A stretch of 64,000 nucleotides of DNA from assembly GCF_004010195.1 (NCBI RefSeq), contig NC_057718.1:65225811-65289810 (forward strand). Direction: 5' to 3'. Positions 14,063-27,288 of the stretch are shown here, in pieces. Positions within the stretch are counted from its first letter, which is position 1. Each line of letters opens with the position of its first letter. The stretch comes from Chiloscyllium plagiosum (Eukaryota). Made by a program: the position numbers and the translations under genes. The notes under the pieces are model-generated. The model was not told the DNA's origin. It made no database searches and saw only the letters and a program-made list of their open reading frames with translations.

Positions 14063-14116
14063 CTTCTCAAAGTGCTCATTTACAGAGAAGTTCTCATTGC
14101 ATGGTGGTTCTTGATT
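14063..14116 (-). CDS. Candidate 54-nt internal exon of an unidentified host transcript (NQEPPCNENFSVNEHFEK)
   Basis: Acceptor ttttcttttctttcataaatttctcag|, donor GAG AAG|gtaagat; length divisible by 3; only phase 0 is open; lies in repeat-poor DNA. Confidence 0.4.
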
Positions 14117-15744
14117 CTGAGAAATTTATGAAAGAAAAGAAAAATATGTAGACCCTGCATACATTAAAAAAACTAATGACGATACCACAGGGGCCTGTAC
14201 CATTATTTCCTTCATCCATAGGGCACTAGCTTGACAAACGTTTTTACCGAAATATACAAGGACTTTTTGATATATGTACACATGCCAGTTAAACTTACCA
14301 CTCTTGCAGATTTTTTGTTACGAAAAATTAAAAGCCTCCACATTCTTTAAAAACAATAACTTTCCAACACAAGAAGGAACACAGAGTTTTTTCATCAAAA
14401 AGGAACTTGTTTGCCTTGCTGTGAAAACTATTACAGTCCGGCACAGGAAATTATGCAATTTCCAGCACAAGCCTCAAACTTCACATTGATAACATAGAAC
14501 AAGGATTCTGGAAATGATAAAAGAAAGCAAGGTCGCCTATTCCTACACAAATATTGTTCCTTGCTTGAATATGATATATTTCCACTGTACTCTAATCACA
14601 TACAGCCAGCAGTATATTGCTGGCACACCAACCTGTTATTGCACTCAGAATCAGTCGCTTTTGTGATTATTTTTTAAACGCCCATATTTCAATGAGTAAG
14701 CAATACAGCCATTCTTTAACAAAAATGTAAGATCTTTTCATTCCTAAACTTGAACAAGTAGTCCTAACACCCCTTAATGTTTTGAGGATGCTTCAGAATG
14801 AATCATCATCTACCACATTGTAGTCATTCTACATCATCAGTAAACAAAGCATGCGTGAGAATTGTAAATTTTGACCTTGCACAAATTCTATCTCCTTACC
14901 TCGAGTAACTGCATTTGTGTTCCTAATTCACCAAATTGAGGAAACAATAAATAGATACTCACCTTCTGCATGTGGTCACTGTCAAACGAAGAGCTTCTAA
15001 GCAGCCATGTACTATTCTTTATGTTAGCATCTTATGTGCTGGATATAGACAGGACCTGTATTATCCAGAAAATCTGCGCAGAACTCCTGGAGCTGCAGCA
15101 TTTTAAACAACCCTGGTGAAATCATGCCAGTATTATTATGTTTAAGGTCACGTGTGGGATAAATCCTCCATTGTGTGGGATTTTTAAAAATACTATAATA
15201 TGGCCTTTGATTCAGAAGGTGACAAAAGAAGAGGTAGTCCTGCACTGCAAGTCAATGAAAAATGTAATTGAATGGAATAATTACAGAACTGCTCATTCCT
15301 TCTGTAGTAAATTCATTTTCAAAGCTCCCATAATCACTCTATGTTGGATTGTTAGACTATGCAATCAGTATTTTGCTAAATATGGTCTAACAGCTTTCCA
15401 ATATTTAATCACATTTAGATACCTAGTGGCCAAATCGTTGCTTTCATTGAAAGGTATTTACTCAGCACCTTTCTTAAGTAATTTTGAAAATTGGTATAAA
15501 CCAAGTCAGACACCTGAATAAAGAGTTTCTAAGGAAAACTGATTTCAAAAGTCCCTGATCTGTGCTTAATGCAAGAATTTAATTTTCCAGCAATTGGGCG
15601 ACACCATCTGAAGGCATAGGAAGTGCAAGAATGGTGAAGACATTTGAAGTGTTCCTCAGGGATTGACAGTGAGATTCAATATGCTCAATTTCTCTGAGGC
15701 AATCCCATGCGAACACTCTGAAAGAGGTTATTAAAAGTGGAGAA

Positions 15745-16520
15745 TTATATAAGACAGAGGAACAGAAGTAGAACATTTAGCCTATTGAACCTGCTCTGCC
15801 ATTCACTGAGATCATGGCTAATCTGATGATACTCAACTCCATTTTAACCTCATAACCCTCGATTCCTTTATTGATTAGAAATTTGTCCATAGCAGCCTTG
15901 AAATACTTAACATTCCAGATTTGATAACCCTTTATAATAAAAAATTCCACAGATTGACTCCACTCTAAGAGAAAAAAAAATCATCCTCATCTCTGTCTTA
16001 AATGGGCAACCCCTTCCTTTTGGATTATCCAGTCAGTTTCTAGACTCACTTACAAGAGGAAACAACATCTCCTCATCTACCATCAGAATTTTGTATGTTT
16101 CAATAAGGTCGCTTCTTATTCTTCCAATGAGCACAAACTGAACCTAAACCTCTCCCCAAAATGAAAATGCCTCCATACATGGAATCGACCGAGTGAACCG
16201 TCTCTGCCTCCAATAAAACTGTATCTTGTCTTAGATAAGGGGATCAAAACTGTATATATTATTCCAGTTGGTGTCTGACTAATGCTTTGTAACATTTCAG
16301 CAAAGCCTCCCTGTTTTTAATATTCCATTTTCTTTGAACTGAACCAACATTCCATTGGGCTTCCCTGTCACTCACTGAACTTGTACGGTAGTTTATTATG
16401 ATTTACGTATAAGGGCAACACATACCACTGTGCTACAGCTTTCTGCAATCTCTACCCAGATAAATAATATTCAGTTGTTGTATCCTTCCTGCCAAAGTGC
16501 ATACCTTGTATTTTCCCAGA
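15745..16520 (-). mobile_element. CR1 LINE 3' fragment
   Basis: rc CR1 tail (gaacagaagtagaacatttagcc...ctgccattcactgagatcatggct) and ORF2 C-terminal remnants. Confidence 0.8.
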
Positions 16521-17917
16521 TTTCCAATCACAGTGACTATTACTTGTTTCACACATTATTAATAACACAACTGATTTGATCAATATTCAGCTTCCCATCT
16601 AATCAGATATGCAAACATCTAAATACAGAAAATTCTTCACATGGAAATCAGAAGAGTACCTGGTGATTTCAGTTCACTAATTACTACATAGAATTTCAAT
16701 ATTGGATACTAGGGACCAGCATCTGAGGGCACAATCCATTGATACCAGCCACACACACTCCACCTCTGGGAGTATTGGGGCATCTGATATGTGCCAGCCT
16801 CTAAAAACATTCATGGCATATCTCCAATCCACTTACAATATGCTTCAGCACTTAACTACTGCATCTTGAACTGCACCAGCAAATGTCATTATAGTGTTAT
16901 AGCAAGGACACTGTGCGCTCGGGCACATATCTTGAACTAGATCACGCTGCATTTTAGGCTTTGCTTATTGGCATGGTGCTCATATATGCTGAACCTACTT
17001 GGATTCTCTCAGTATCCCAGCCTTGCATTGCCCTGCCTTGCCTATTTGCACTGAGAACACTCAGCCAGAGATACCAGGTTGACATTATTTCTGTCTTGCC
17101 CTGCCACTCAGCACAGACACAAAGGCAGGAAGCTTATCATGATTGTCAGCAGTCATCAGCCAGGTCAAGGGGAATAGTCTTTGTCCAGGGAGTACCAGCA
17201 CAGTAAGTCAAGGGCAGCCTCTGAAACAAATCCAGGGGCTTGGACATGGTCAGCCAATCACTCATGGGTGGTCAGTGTCACATAATGGGTAAGGACATGA
17301 ATTTCAGGCAGCCCACTGCCGTTTTTTGCCCAATAATGAGAAAGAGGCAGGTATTAAGGGAAATGAAAGTTGATGGCACAGCTGCTACTTTTGGTACAGG
17401 TAGGAGGTGCCCTGAGTGAGTGAGTGGGCAGCACAGAGGGATTACACTGAGCGACAGTGAGTGAGGGAAAAGTTCCAAGCAATACTGAGCGTGGTAGGCT
17501 ATTAATCTTGGTGAGAGATGAGTATTGCATCAAAGGTAGAGTCAGTGTTAGGCCAAAAAGATGGTGGCACTTAGCATTTGAAGAGAAATTCATTCAACTT
17601 CTTCCTACAGTTCTGGGCAGTCTTCCAAACAGCTTAGAGTGGGTGGCAACAGTAGATCAGATTGACACGGTCTGATATGGTGACCTCTACTGCTATCCTG
17701 GATAAAGAGGACATCAATGTCTGCCCCACCGTGTCCATTAGGAGCTCCAGGTCTCTGCCTGCAATTTCCCATGTCAGGAGCAGATGGCCAGACCATGGCA
17801 AGACAGCTGCAGATTGATGGTGTTTGTTTCCTTCCAGCAGGTGAGAGAAAGGAGCTTCACCTTGGCAAATTGCAGACTTGTTACTTCTTATGCTGTTGCA
17901 GTGCTCACTGGCAACAA

Positions 17918-18141
17918 GTTGAAAAGTTTGGCGCTAAAAAAGCACAGCAGGTCAGGCAGTATCCGAGAAACAGGAGAGTTGACGTTTCGGGCATAAGCCC
18001 TTCATTACATTCCTTATGAAGGGCTTATGCCCAAAATGTCAACTCTCCTGCCCCTCGGATTGTGCCTGACCTGCTTTGCTTTACCAGCACCACACTTTTC
18101 GACTCTTATCTCCAGCATCTGCAGTCCTCACTTTCTCCTAG
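17918..18141. mobile_element. Palindromic Penelope pLTR insertion with 13-bp TSD
   Basis: Inverted arm 17918-18005 plus direct arm 18008-18141; TSD tcactggcaacaa at 17905-17917 and 18142-18154. Confidence 0.9.
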
Positions 18142-18330
18142 TCACTGGCAACAACACTGTTGTCCACCCCATCACTGCATTGTCATTCAGTGACAAAATT
18201 GTGGAGACATTCTTCAAAAGATAACTTTAATTAAACAGAATTCAAGTTCACACTTTGATGTGAGAGCTTTATATCAATTAGCCCCACTCTATGAAACTCA
18301 CTCTCAACTGATTATTAATTCCCCATATTT

Positions 18331-18850
18331 AGAGTCATAGAGTCATAAAGATGTACAGCATAGAAACAGACCCTTCGGTCCAACCCGTCCATGCCAACCA
18401 GATATCCCAACCCAATCTAGTCCCACCTGCCAGCACCCGGCCCATATCCCTCCAAACCCTTCCTATNNNNNNNNNNNNNNNNNNNNNNNNNNNNNNNNNN
18501 NNNNNNNNNNNNNNNNNNNNNNNNNNNNNNNNNNNNNNNNNNNNNNNNNNNNNNNNNNNNNNNNNNNNNNNNNNNNNNNNNNNNNNNNNNNNNNNNNNNN
18601 NNNNNNNNNNNNNNNNNNNNNNNNNNNNNNNNNNNNNNNNNTCTAACAGTGGCCTAACCAATGTCCTGTACAGCCGCACCATGACCTCCCACCTCCTGTA
18701 CTCAATATTCTGACCAATAAAGGAAAGCATACCAAACGCCTTCTTCACTATCCTATCTACCTGCGACTCCACCTTCAAGGAGCTATGAACCTGCACTCCA
18801 AGGTCTCTTGGTTCAACAACACTCCCTAGGACCTTACCATGAAGTATATA
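18331..18850 (-). mobile_element. Young CR1 (HER1-like) 3' fragment spanning an assembly gap
   Basis: QVHSSLKVESQVDRIVKKAFGMLSFI...LYRTLVRPLL; (agagtcat)n tail. Confidence 0.9.
18467..18641. other. Assembly gap (175 N)
   Basis: Run of N. Confidence 1.
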
Positions 18851-20339
18851 AGTGTATATTTATACAACCATTTAAACCCAATTAGTATAATATGTCCACC
18901 ATTGATCCCTCATTTCATTAGGTCTTAGGCATTCCCTCAGATCACATTTGATGATTCCAATTTGTGTCCAATGGCGTTATGCATTGAACCTTGCATCTAC
19001 TCCATAGGTCCTGATGATGGCTGCAGCAGCTCCTTACCATTCCATCCACCTAGCTTTCACAGTGCCTCCCACTGGTCTTAAAGTTAGGGCTGACAACTTC
19101 CATTCTAGTGGGCCACAGTTTTCCACGTTCCCACGATAGCAAACCCACCCTCCTGAATTAAATAGTTAATATAAAGGCATCCTCTGAAATGCATCATCAT
19201 AATTGTCAGCACAACTCTGACTTGTCTTGGGTTGAGATCCAGAAATGGCCCTGACAGTTGCTTACATTCTAAGAGCAGAAGATTCCAGCCACAGTGTCAG
19301 TAAATAAGCTGGTGGTTAGGAGTTTAAAATCAAATGACAATATTCACTTTGTTTAGCTATTTTATCGCCCTCCTTGTCCATTGTCGAGAAAAATAATAAT
19401 TCTTGACAGTTAAAGAGAAAGAAGGGAAAAGGTATTTGTTAACATACATCATCTGTAACTTTGAGATAGAAACAAAAAGGGATGGGGGATAGATTGGAAG
19501 ACAGAAGAATGATTAATGATTTGGGAATCATCATCATTCATCACTTCACCCTGCCAGCAGCCAGGATCTGAATGATACTCCTTTTTGTATTGACCTTTAT
19601 TGTAAGTTCCATGTGTTAAAACAGGCAGCTACATTTGTTCTCCTGCAGTCATTTGCTGCTGCTTTGTTTCTTCATCAGCTTCTCCTGCAAAAAAGGAGGG
19701 AAACTAAAATTTTAGTGTCCTGTGTTTGTGTGATGTGACTGCCATAACTGAATAGCATCCAGTGTATGCAAGCATGGGTTGTAATTGAAAAGCTTGCAGG
19801 GGTTGAGGGAAAACCTATGAATTATAGGGTTGTGTCCTGATTGATAGAACCAATTGGTCTGCATGTAATGGAGTTGTAGTGAAGTGAGTAATGAATAAGG
19901 CTAGCAATGCAGAGTTATGATATGCTAGGTGAAGAATAGCACACTCTACTCAAAAGCTTGTGAAATTAGTCAACATCTCTCTACACCACATCCGTGTTCT
20001 TAAGTAACATGCCAGACATTTATGTCCACCACTACGTCTTCCCATTGTCACTCAGCAACTGTCAGTCACCCCTTATGCCCTGTGCAAATACTGGACTCTC
20101 TCTGCTTCTTTCTACCTCTTCTATTGGATTGTGTTATGTCTCGCAGCAGATAGCAATATAATTCAAAAATCATGCTCACTATTTCATCACTGTATCATGA
20201 CATGTGGCCTAATAGTATACAGTTCTCAGACTCAATTTTTCTCAGCCCAGTTCTCTTGCAGCATGACATGCTGAGGGACGTTTGGTACAGTAGATCTGAA
20301 TTGCTTAGCTTGAGTCCAGACACACAAGTAAATAGCAGG

Positions 20340-20555
20340 AGCTTGAAAGAAGTTCTGGGATTTACATATTAATCAATTGAAACCTGCATTCCCATTCTAA
20401 GTGATTAAAGACTTTACAGCAATCTAGGTTTGCTCAATACATCGCATCAGTTGTATGACACTTTGATCTTTTACTATATCTCTGTTTTCGATGATCCTGC
20501 CCCACTAGCTACCTGACGAAGGTGCTGTGCTCCGAAGGCTTGTACTTCCAAAAAA
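20340..20555 (+). mobile_element. Penelope-like terminal fragment (third family) with degenerate hammerhead
   Basis: acctgacgaaggtgctgtgctccgaaggcttg = CUGANGA-A-stem-GAA(G) variant. Confidence 0.65.
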
Positions 20556-21699
20556 TTCCTTATTTAGTGTGAACTCCCCCTAGTGATGGAAACCTACAAC
20601 TATAGGCCTTTTTAACCTCAAAAATACAGATTCATACAGACCCACATGCAGCAAGAGTTCTTTAAAGGGCTACAACACTGAAAACTGAAACAAAGTAAAA
20701 ACACTCACTCATGGCAAGGAGGAACTTCACACATCCTGTCTTGTTGAAGATGATAAAAAAAAGCAGAGAAAATCTGTAGACGACTTGAAGACCAGCTCAA
20801 AGTATGAATCAGTTTCACAGTGTGACAGTGGCACATCCTCAGTGCATGTCACCATCTCATGACACACTGCATTACCTGGAAATCTTAGTGCACACTCTCT
20901 TAGTTGGGCAACCATTGGTCATAGTATTATAGCACAGACTCAGTTTTCAAATAATTCGAATTTACTTATGACCTTTAAAGAGGGGTTGGCTGTCTTTAGA
21001 TAGAGTTAGCCACTCATGAAATCAGGTCCTTGCTGATGCATGCTGCCAGTGAACAGTGTAGTAAGCACTGGCCACAAGCAGAAATCATGTACAGGAATAG
21101 GTGCATGAGTTTAGCTTGCTGCGTGCAACACAATAAAAAAGGCTCAGCCAACAACCCATGCTTTGTTTTTTTTATATATCATGCCCGAAATGATAAACAG
21201 CTCATAGTTTTTATATTTTCTTCATTAATTATTCATGGTTAGCTGAAAGAAAACAGAAGCATCCACAGTTGGGAGATTTGGTGATAGTGAGAAAAGGTGT
21301 GGAGCGTCATGAACATTGAGAGGTTTGGTTTCAATCATTCCCTGTGTGCGATCAGGCTGGAACAATTGGTTGTGAAAGTGAAAAATACCTGAACTACAAG
21401 TAAGCAAACGTCAACAAGTTTCATTATGCTATTTTACTCTGTGTGTGCATGCACCATTATCAGGCATTTTATATTTATGTCACCATAAATTAAAGGATCA
21501 ACAAAGTTTGTTAGAGAAACACCAAAGGATGAAGTTTCTGGAAGTAGAGGTGGACGTGTGACAATACTCTAACATGTTCTGATATCCAACAGCATGTCAG
21601 TTGAAATTACACAGTCATTGCCTTTCACAATGCTCTTTAGATGCAAAATTGCATCATTTGACAGATTTCATTTGTAACATTTTCTTTAATTTCCTGTTT

Positions 21700-22200
21700 C
21701 CTTATGTTATAGTTATTTGACTCTAGTCTCCTGGGAAGTCTTTCTTCATTTTTGGGATATGGAGTGTCAGTTAAAAGACCAACATCCATTTTCCAACTGT
21801 TGAGAAGGTGGAGTTTTTTTACTAGGTTGGAGAATTCAAGAATTTTGACCCTGCAACAATTAAAGAAAGATACCTTTCTATGTCAGGTAATGTGTGCCCT
21901 AACGTATATCTTGGAGGCCATGACATTCCTTTGCAAACGCTGCCGTTATGCCTTAAGTTTGTACTGTTGAAGATGTTTCAGTGAGTTGCATCATATGAGT
22001 GACACACTGGTGCTCCGCTGGTGGAGGGGGTTGATATTCTAATTGATGGATGCAGTGTCAATTAAACTGATTGTTCTGTCCTGGATATGTATGCTGCATT
22101 CATCCAGAAATGTGAAGAGTACTCCTGAATTGCATTTTGAAGCTGGTAGAGATGCTTTAGGAAGTCAGACTATGTGACTGCAAAAGGGTAGATGATATTT
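21700..22200 (-). mobile_element. Degraded LINE 3' fragment (CR1/L2 group, same family as 59755-60830)
   Basis: Similarity to 59755-60250 (aattttgaccctgcaac, ttgttgaag, tgcattcatccag). Confidence 0.5.
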
Positions 22201-22780
22201 ATAGAACTTGCAGCTTTATAGAACTTTAGTTCTGCCAAACTTGGCATATTGCATTCGGGTCACCTGAAGGATGTGGCTGCTTTGAAAAAGGGCACAGAAA
22301 AGGTTTACCAGAATGTTTCCTAGTGTGGGTGATTTTACTTACTAAGAAAGGTCAGAGAGACTAGGTTTGTTTTCACTGGAACGCAGGAGGTTGAGAGGCA
22401 ACCTGATAGAAATTTATAAGATTGTGAATGGTATGGATAGAGTGGAAAGTATGAGGCTTTTTCCCCAGGGATCCATGCTGAGGGGACACAGGCTGAAGGT
22501 GTGTTTGTGTGTGTGTGGGGGTGGGGGGTGGGGGCAGTGTTGTTGAAGTTTAAAAGAAATGTGTGAGACAAGTTTTTCACACAAAGGTGACGACTGCCTG
22601 GAATGTGCTGCCAGTGGTAGGAGCAGGCATGCTAGCAGCATTCAAGAAGCACCTGGATGAATACATTAACAGGAAGGGAATAGAGGAATACAGGATCTTG
22701 TAAGTGAAGACAGTTTTAGTACGGGCTTGGAGGGCTGAAGAGCCTGTTCCTGTGCTGCATTGTTCTTTATTCTTTATTTC
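22200..22780 (+). mobile_element. CR1 LINE 3' fragment
   Basis: GLFSLERRRLRGNLIEIYKI motif; tail gggcttggagggctgaagagcctgttcctgtgctg(ttctttat)n; internal (gt)n/G-tract at 22499-22535. Confidence 0.85.
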
Positions 22781-23367
22781 TACTAAACCTTTGGCAATTT
22801 TAACTTGAAAAAATATTATGGGAAATAAAAAGTCATAACATCAAAATTGGTGTGATGTTAGTGTAAGTGATGTTTTATTTTATAGTAGAATACAGCAATG
22901 TCCCTATTTGCACAGCTCAGCCACTTTCTAATGAAGCATATGCCCTTATTGAAGATCTGAAATGTGGTTTTGACTTGAAAAGAATGTTACATTGTGGTAA
23001 TAATGGTTGCTGCCTGATTTTTCATCATAAATGAAACTTACTGTGAGAGGAAAAGATAGTTGTGGGTCAATTAAAAACACAATGGTTTGGGAGACTGGGT
23101 TTTCTGATATCAATGGCACTGCTTCCATGAGAGATGAGATGCAGCAAGACATTGAAACTCTGTCTCCTCGAGTAATAGCATCTCAAAATGATGGGGAATA
23201 ACTTACCACCTTGTTTCTGTCATTTTTGTGACCAGATTGATCCTTTAGAAAGGACAAAGACGGGTTTGCTCAAATTTCTGGTTTCCAAGAAGAATATAGG
23301 ACTCCGTTATTCATTTCAGGAAGGTACTGGATATCAGATGGTAGATAAACAAAATGTGTTTATGTTT

Positions 23368-23584
23368 AAAAAATGAAAGTTTTGCAGATGCTGCAAATCA
23401 GAAACAAAAACAGAAGTTGCTGGAAAAGCTTAGCAGCTCTGGCAGCATGTGTGAAGAGAAATCAGAGTTTACGTTTAAGGTCCAGAACAGAGGAAGTGTC
23501 ACCAGATCCGAAACTTTAACTCTGATTTCTCTTCACAGATGCTGCCAGACCTGCTGAGCTTTTCCAGAAACTTCCGCTTTTGTT
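23368..23584. mobile_element. Palindromic Penelope pLTR insertion (different family) with ~13-bp TSD
   Basis: aaacagaagttgctggaaaagcttagcagctctggcagcat...aatcagagtt is mirrored by aactctgatt...atgctgccagacctgctgagcttttccag; flanks tgtgtttatgttt (23355-23367) / tgtctttacgttt (23585-23597). Confidence 0.8.
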
Positions 23585-23699
23585 TGTCTTTACGTTTGTT
23601 ATTGAGGGGCTGTTAGGCACACACTTAGGACAATGGAGGGGCCAAGAATGCCATACAGTACCACGTAAAATGCTGTTAAAGTGATACTTACTTTTTTTT

Positions 23700-24362
23700 G
23701 TTGAATCGTTCCGCAGTAGATGTGTCTGTTACTTTCAATATAGTCTCCTCTACATTGAGGAAATAGGACGCCAACCCATGGAACATTTCAGGGAACATCT
23801 CTGGGACACAGGCACCAATCTCCACTGCCCTGTGGCTGACCACTTCAACTCCCCCTCCCACTCCGCCAAGGACATGCAGATCCTGGGCCTCCTGAACTGT
23901 CAATTCCAAGCCACCCAATGACTAGAGGAAGAATGCCTCATCTTCTGCCTTTGGACCATGCAACTACATGGGATCAATGTGGATTTCACCGGTTTCCTCA
24001 TCTCCCCTTGCCCACCTCATCCCAGATCAAACCTTCCAACTTGGCACGACCCTCTTGAACTATCCGACCTGTCCATCTTCCTTCCAACCTATCCGCTCCA
24101 CACTCCTCTCCACCTATTACCATCACCCCTTGCCTGTATCTACCTATCCCTTTCCAGCTACCTTCCCTCCAGCCCCACCACAATCGTCCTATTTATCTCT
24201 TAGCCCCCTCCTCCTACCAACTCCCCCCACATTCGTGATGAAGGACTTATGCCCAAAACATCAATTCTCCTGCTCCTCAGATCCTGCCTGACCTTCTGTG
24301 CTTTTCCAGTGCCACGCCTTTCAATTTTGATCTCCAGCATCCAAGTCCTCACTTTCTCCTCC
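23700..24362 (+). mobile_element. Penelope-like element 3' part (GIY-YIG plus pLTR)
   Basis: ctcctctacattgagga..., ADHFNSPSHSAKDMQILG, C-rich tail, gtgatgaaggacttatgccc. Confidence 0.85.
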
Positions 24363-24364
24363 AA

Positions 24365-24735
24365 CCAGGGACTCAATTTACACGGCCCATTGCCACAGAA
24401 AGGCTGCCAAAGGCCCATTGCACCCTGGCACGGCTCTCCTATAACCCCTTCCATTAGGCAGAAGATACACATGCATCAGCAAGTTCAAGAACAGCCTCTT
24501 CCCTGCTCTTATTAGGCTGGTGAATGGACAGTCTAATTTCAAATAATGTTGATCTTGCTAATGTTGATCTTGCCTAGCACACACCCTGTGTGATGTAAAT
24601 TGTATACCTCTGTTTATTTTTTTTTAACCATATGATTTATATGTCCTTGCTTACTATGATCTGCCTGTACTGGTTGTAAACAAAGTTTTCCACTATATGT
24701 AGGTACACATGATAATAAACAAATCAATAAATCAA
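24365..24735 (+). mobile_element. Rex1/Babar-like LINE 3' end
   Basis: HPG...PLP.GRRY...KFKNSLFPALIRLVN-like remnant; tail cacatgataataaacaaatcaataaatcaa. Confidence 0.65.
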
Positions 24736-26428
24736 CACAAGAGAGCAGCATCACAACTATACTGTAAGTTCATTGGTTGATGACAGCTACTAGTTTTACT
24801 ATCTATGTGGGTTACTTTCAGATTGAAGGTGAAGAGGGAAAATATTTACCAGCTGCAAATTAAAAGACCAGTACAACACCTTTAAAAATCAGATTAAGAA
24901 TTAATTAATTAAAAAACAGATGCCAGCCCAGATGATGTATTGTTACCTGCATGATATGGGATCTGGTGGCCACCTTTGTAGTTCCTAGTGACCACATCCA
25001 TAGCAAGTGTTGGTTACTTGAAGAAGAGCAGTTCAGAGTTGATCAGCTGGAGTCTGAGCTTTAAAATACTGTGACACATCAGGAATGGATGCTATGCCTT
25101 TGGAGACAGTCACACCTCTTAGATTAACTACCTCAAAGTCAGTCAGTGATCAAGGACAGAAGGGTAGAGGTATCCAGAAGTTAGTGCTGAAGAGTCCCGA
25201 AGGCTTTGTTGCCTGCTGGTGTCCAGGTTCAGCATATCTGGGCTGCAGAGGGAAAGAGCCAGTTGTCGTGGTTCAGATAGGTACCCCAATGATTTAGGTA
25301 GAAAGTAAAAAGGGATTCTTCTGCAGGAATTTGAGCAGCAAGGGGATTAATGAAAAAGCATAATCAAAAATCCCCAGATTACTACCTGAGCCATGAGCAT
25401 ATTAGCACAGGGTCAACAAAATTGAAGTGTGGCTCAAACATTGGTGTAGGAACAACAGGTTTGTATTCATGGGACATTGGCACCAGTACTGGAGAAGGAG
25501 AGAACTGTTACAATGGGACAGGCTCCATCTGAATCATGCTGATACCAGAGTCCTCTTGAATCACATAAATAGGGCTGTGGACAGGGCTTTAAACTAAAAA
25601 GTGGGGATTGGGGGTTAAATTACATGAAATATTATGGAAAGAGTTAAAAAGGGGGTGGGCTCACCAGGTGTTTTAAAAGTTTCCGGAACAAGTAATAGAA
25701 CAAAGGGTGTAGAAAGTGTCAGGAATCTATTTCAGGCACAGCAGATGAGGGGACAACTGTGAGAAGGGCAGCAATCAACACAGGACTGAGGGTGTTGGAC
25801 TTCAATAAGGTAAATGAGCTTGTACCGTAGATTGAAATTGTCAGATACAATGTTGTGGGTATCACAGAGACAAGGTTGCAAGTGGATTAGGGCTGGGGAT
25901 TAAATATTCAAGGATAGATGTCCCTCAGGGTTAGAGACCAGACCATACACAACCTCATCACCTCAGGGGATCTCCCACCCACAGCTTCCAACCTCATGGT
26001 TCAGAAACCCTGTACCGCCCGATCCACAAGCTGATCTACCTCCCATCCAAGATCCACAAGCATGACCACCCTGACCGACCAGCATTTTGCCAGAGTGGCG
26101 AGGAAAGAAGGAGGAGTGAAGCGAGGGCTGCCAGGAAGGGTGAGTTATCCCGCATAAAAAGGGACTTACCTCGGGAGTCAGGCCTCCATTTTGCCAGAGC
26201 GGTGAGGAGAGAAGGAGGAGTGAAGCTGCCAGGAAGGTAAGGGCTTAATTTATATTTGGGCAGTGGCTAACCCGAGAAACTACACATGTAGTATCTCCCT
26301 CCTGCCCCCCCTTCTCTAACTGGAAGTAAAAGACCCTGTAAGGTAACGCTTTTATTTCTTATCTTTCTTTTTCATTTATTTAAGTGCATTGTTTGGTTTT
26401 AGTTAGTTCATACAAAGCTAAGCTTACA

Positions 26429-27288
26429 ATGGCAGGGGACCTCAGACCCGTGGCATGTGATTCTTGCTTGATGTGGGAGTTAGGAATGTGTTTGACATTC
26501 CTGACTCTTACACTTGCAAGAAGTGTGTCCAGCTGCAGCTGTTGTTTGACCGCATGACGGCTCGAAGCTGCGGATGGACTCACTGTGCAGCATCCGCGAT
26601 GCTGAGGAGGTCGTGAATAGCACGTTTAGTGACCAAAGGACAGAAAAAGAGTAAGAAGGCAGTGCAGGTGTCCCCTGCGGTCATCTCCCTCCAAAACATG
26701 TATACCGTTTTGGATACTGTTGGGGGAGATGGCTCACCGGGAGAGGGCAGCAGTTGTCAAGATCATGTGGTGGGCGGGAAAAAGACTTGTAGGGCCATAG
26801 TCATAAGGGATTCTATTGTGAGGGGAGTAGATAGGCGGTTCTGTGGCCAAAAACGGGACTCCCGGATGGTATGTTGCCTCCCAGGTGCTCGGGTCGGGGA
26901 TGTCACTGATCGGCTGCAGAGCATTCTAAAAGGGGAGGGTGAACAGCCAGTTGTCTTGGTGCATATAGGCACCAACGATATAAGTAGAAAGTGAGATGAG
27001 GTCCTGAAAGAATTCAGGGAGCTAGGAAAGAAGTTAAAGGGGAGGACCTCAAAGGTAATGATCTCAGGATTACTACCAATACCACGTGCTAACCAGTGTA
27101 GAAATGAAAAAATAGGCAGATGGTTTGAGAGATGATGAAGGAGGGAGGGGCTCAGATTTGTTGGACATTGGGACCGGTTCTGGGGAAGGTGGGACTATTA
27201 CAAAAGGTACGGTCTACATCTGAACCAGACCAGAACCAATGTCCTTGGGGGAGTTTTTGCTACTGCTGTTGGGGAGGTTTTAAATTAA
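26429..27288 (+). pseudogene. CR1 ORF1 (CxxC...CxxC zinc motif, zipper, SGNH/esterase domain), frameshifted
   Basis: MAGDLRPVACDSCLMWE...YTCKKCVQLQLL; IVIRDSIVRGVD...VCCLPGARV..V...VHIGTND; ends GEVLN* (TAA 27286-27288). Confidence 0.9.

Larger units (their letters stand above)
16530..20330. mobile_element. Fragmented PIF/Harbinger DNA transposon fossil, interrupted by later insertions
   Basis: Minus-strand remnants resembling the transposase C-terminus (about 18890-19100) and a Myb/SANT-like ORF (about 19930-20170); heavily degraded. Confidence 0.45.

Noticed and set aside
21243..21400. Plus-strand exon-like segment (ttag|...|gtaagc)
   Set aside because: Stops in all three frames and a weak acceptor; a non-coding exon cannot be supported without RNA data
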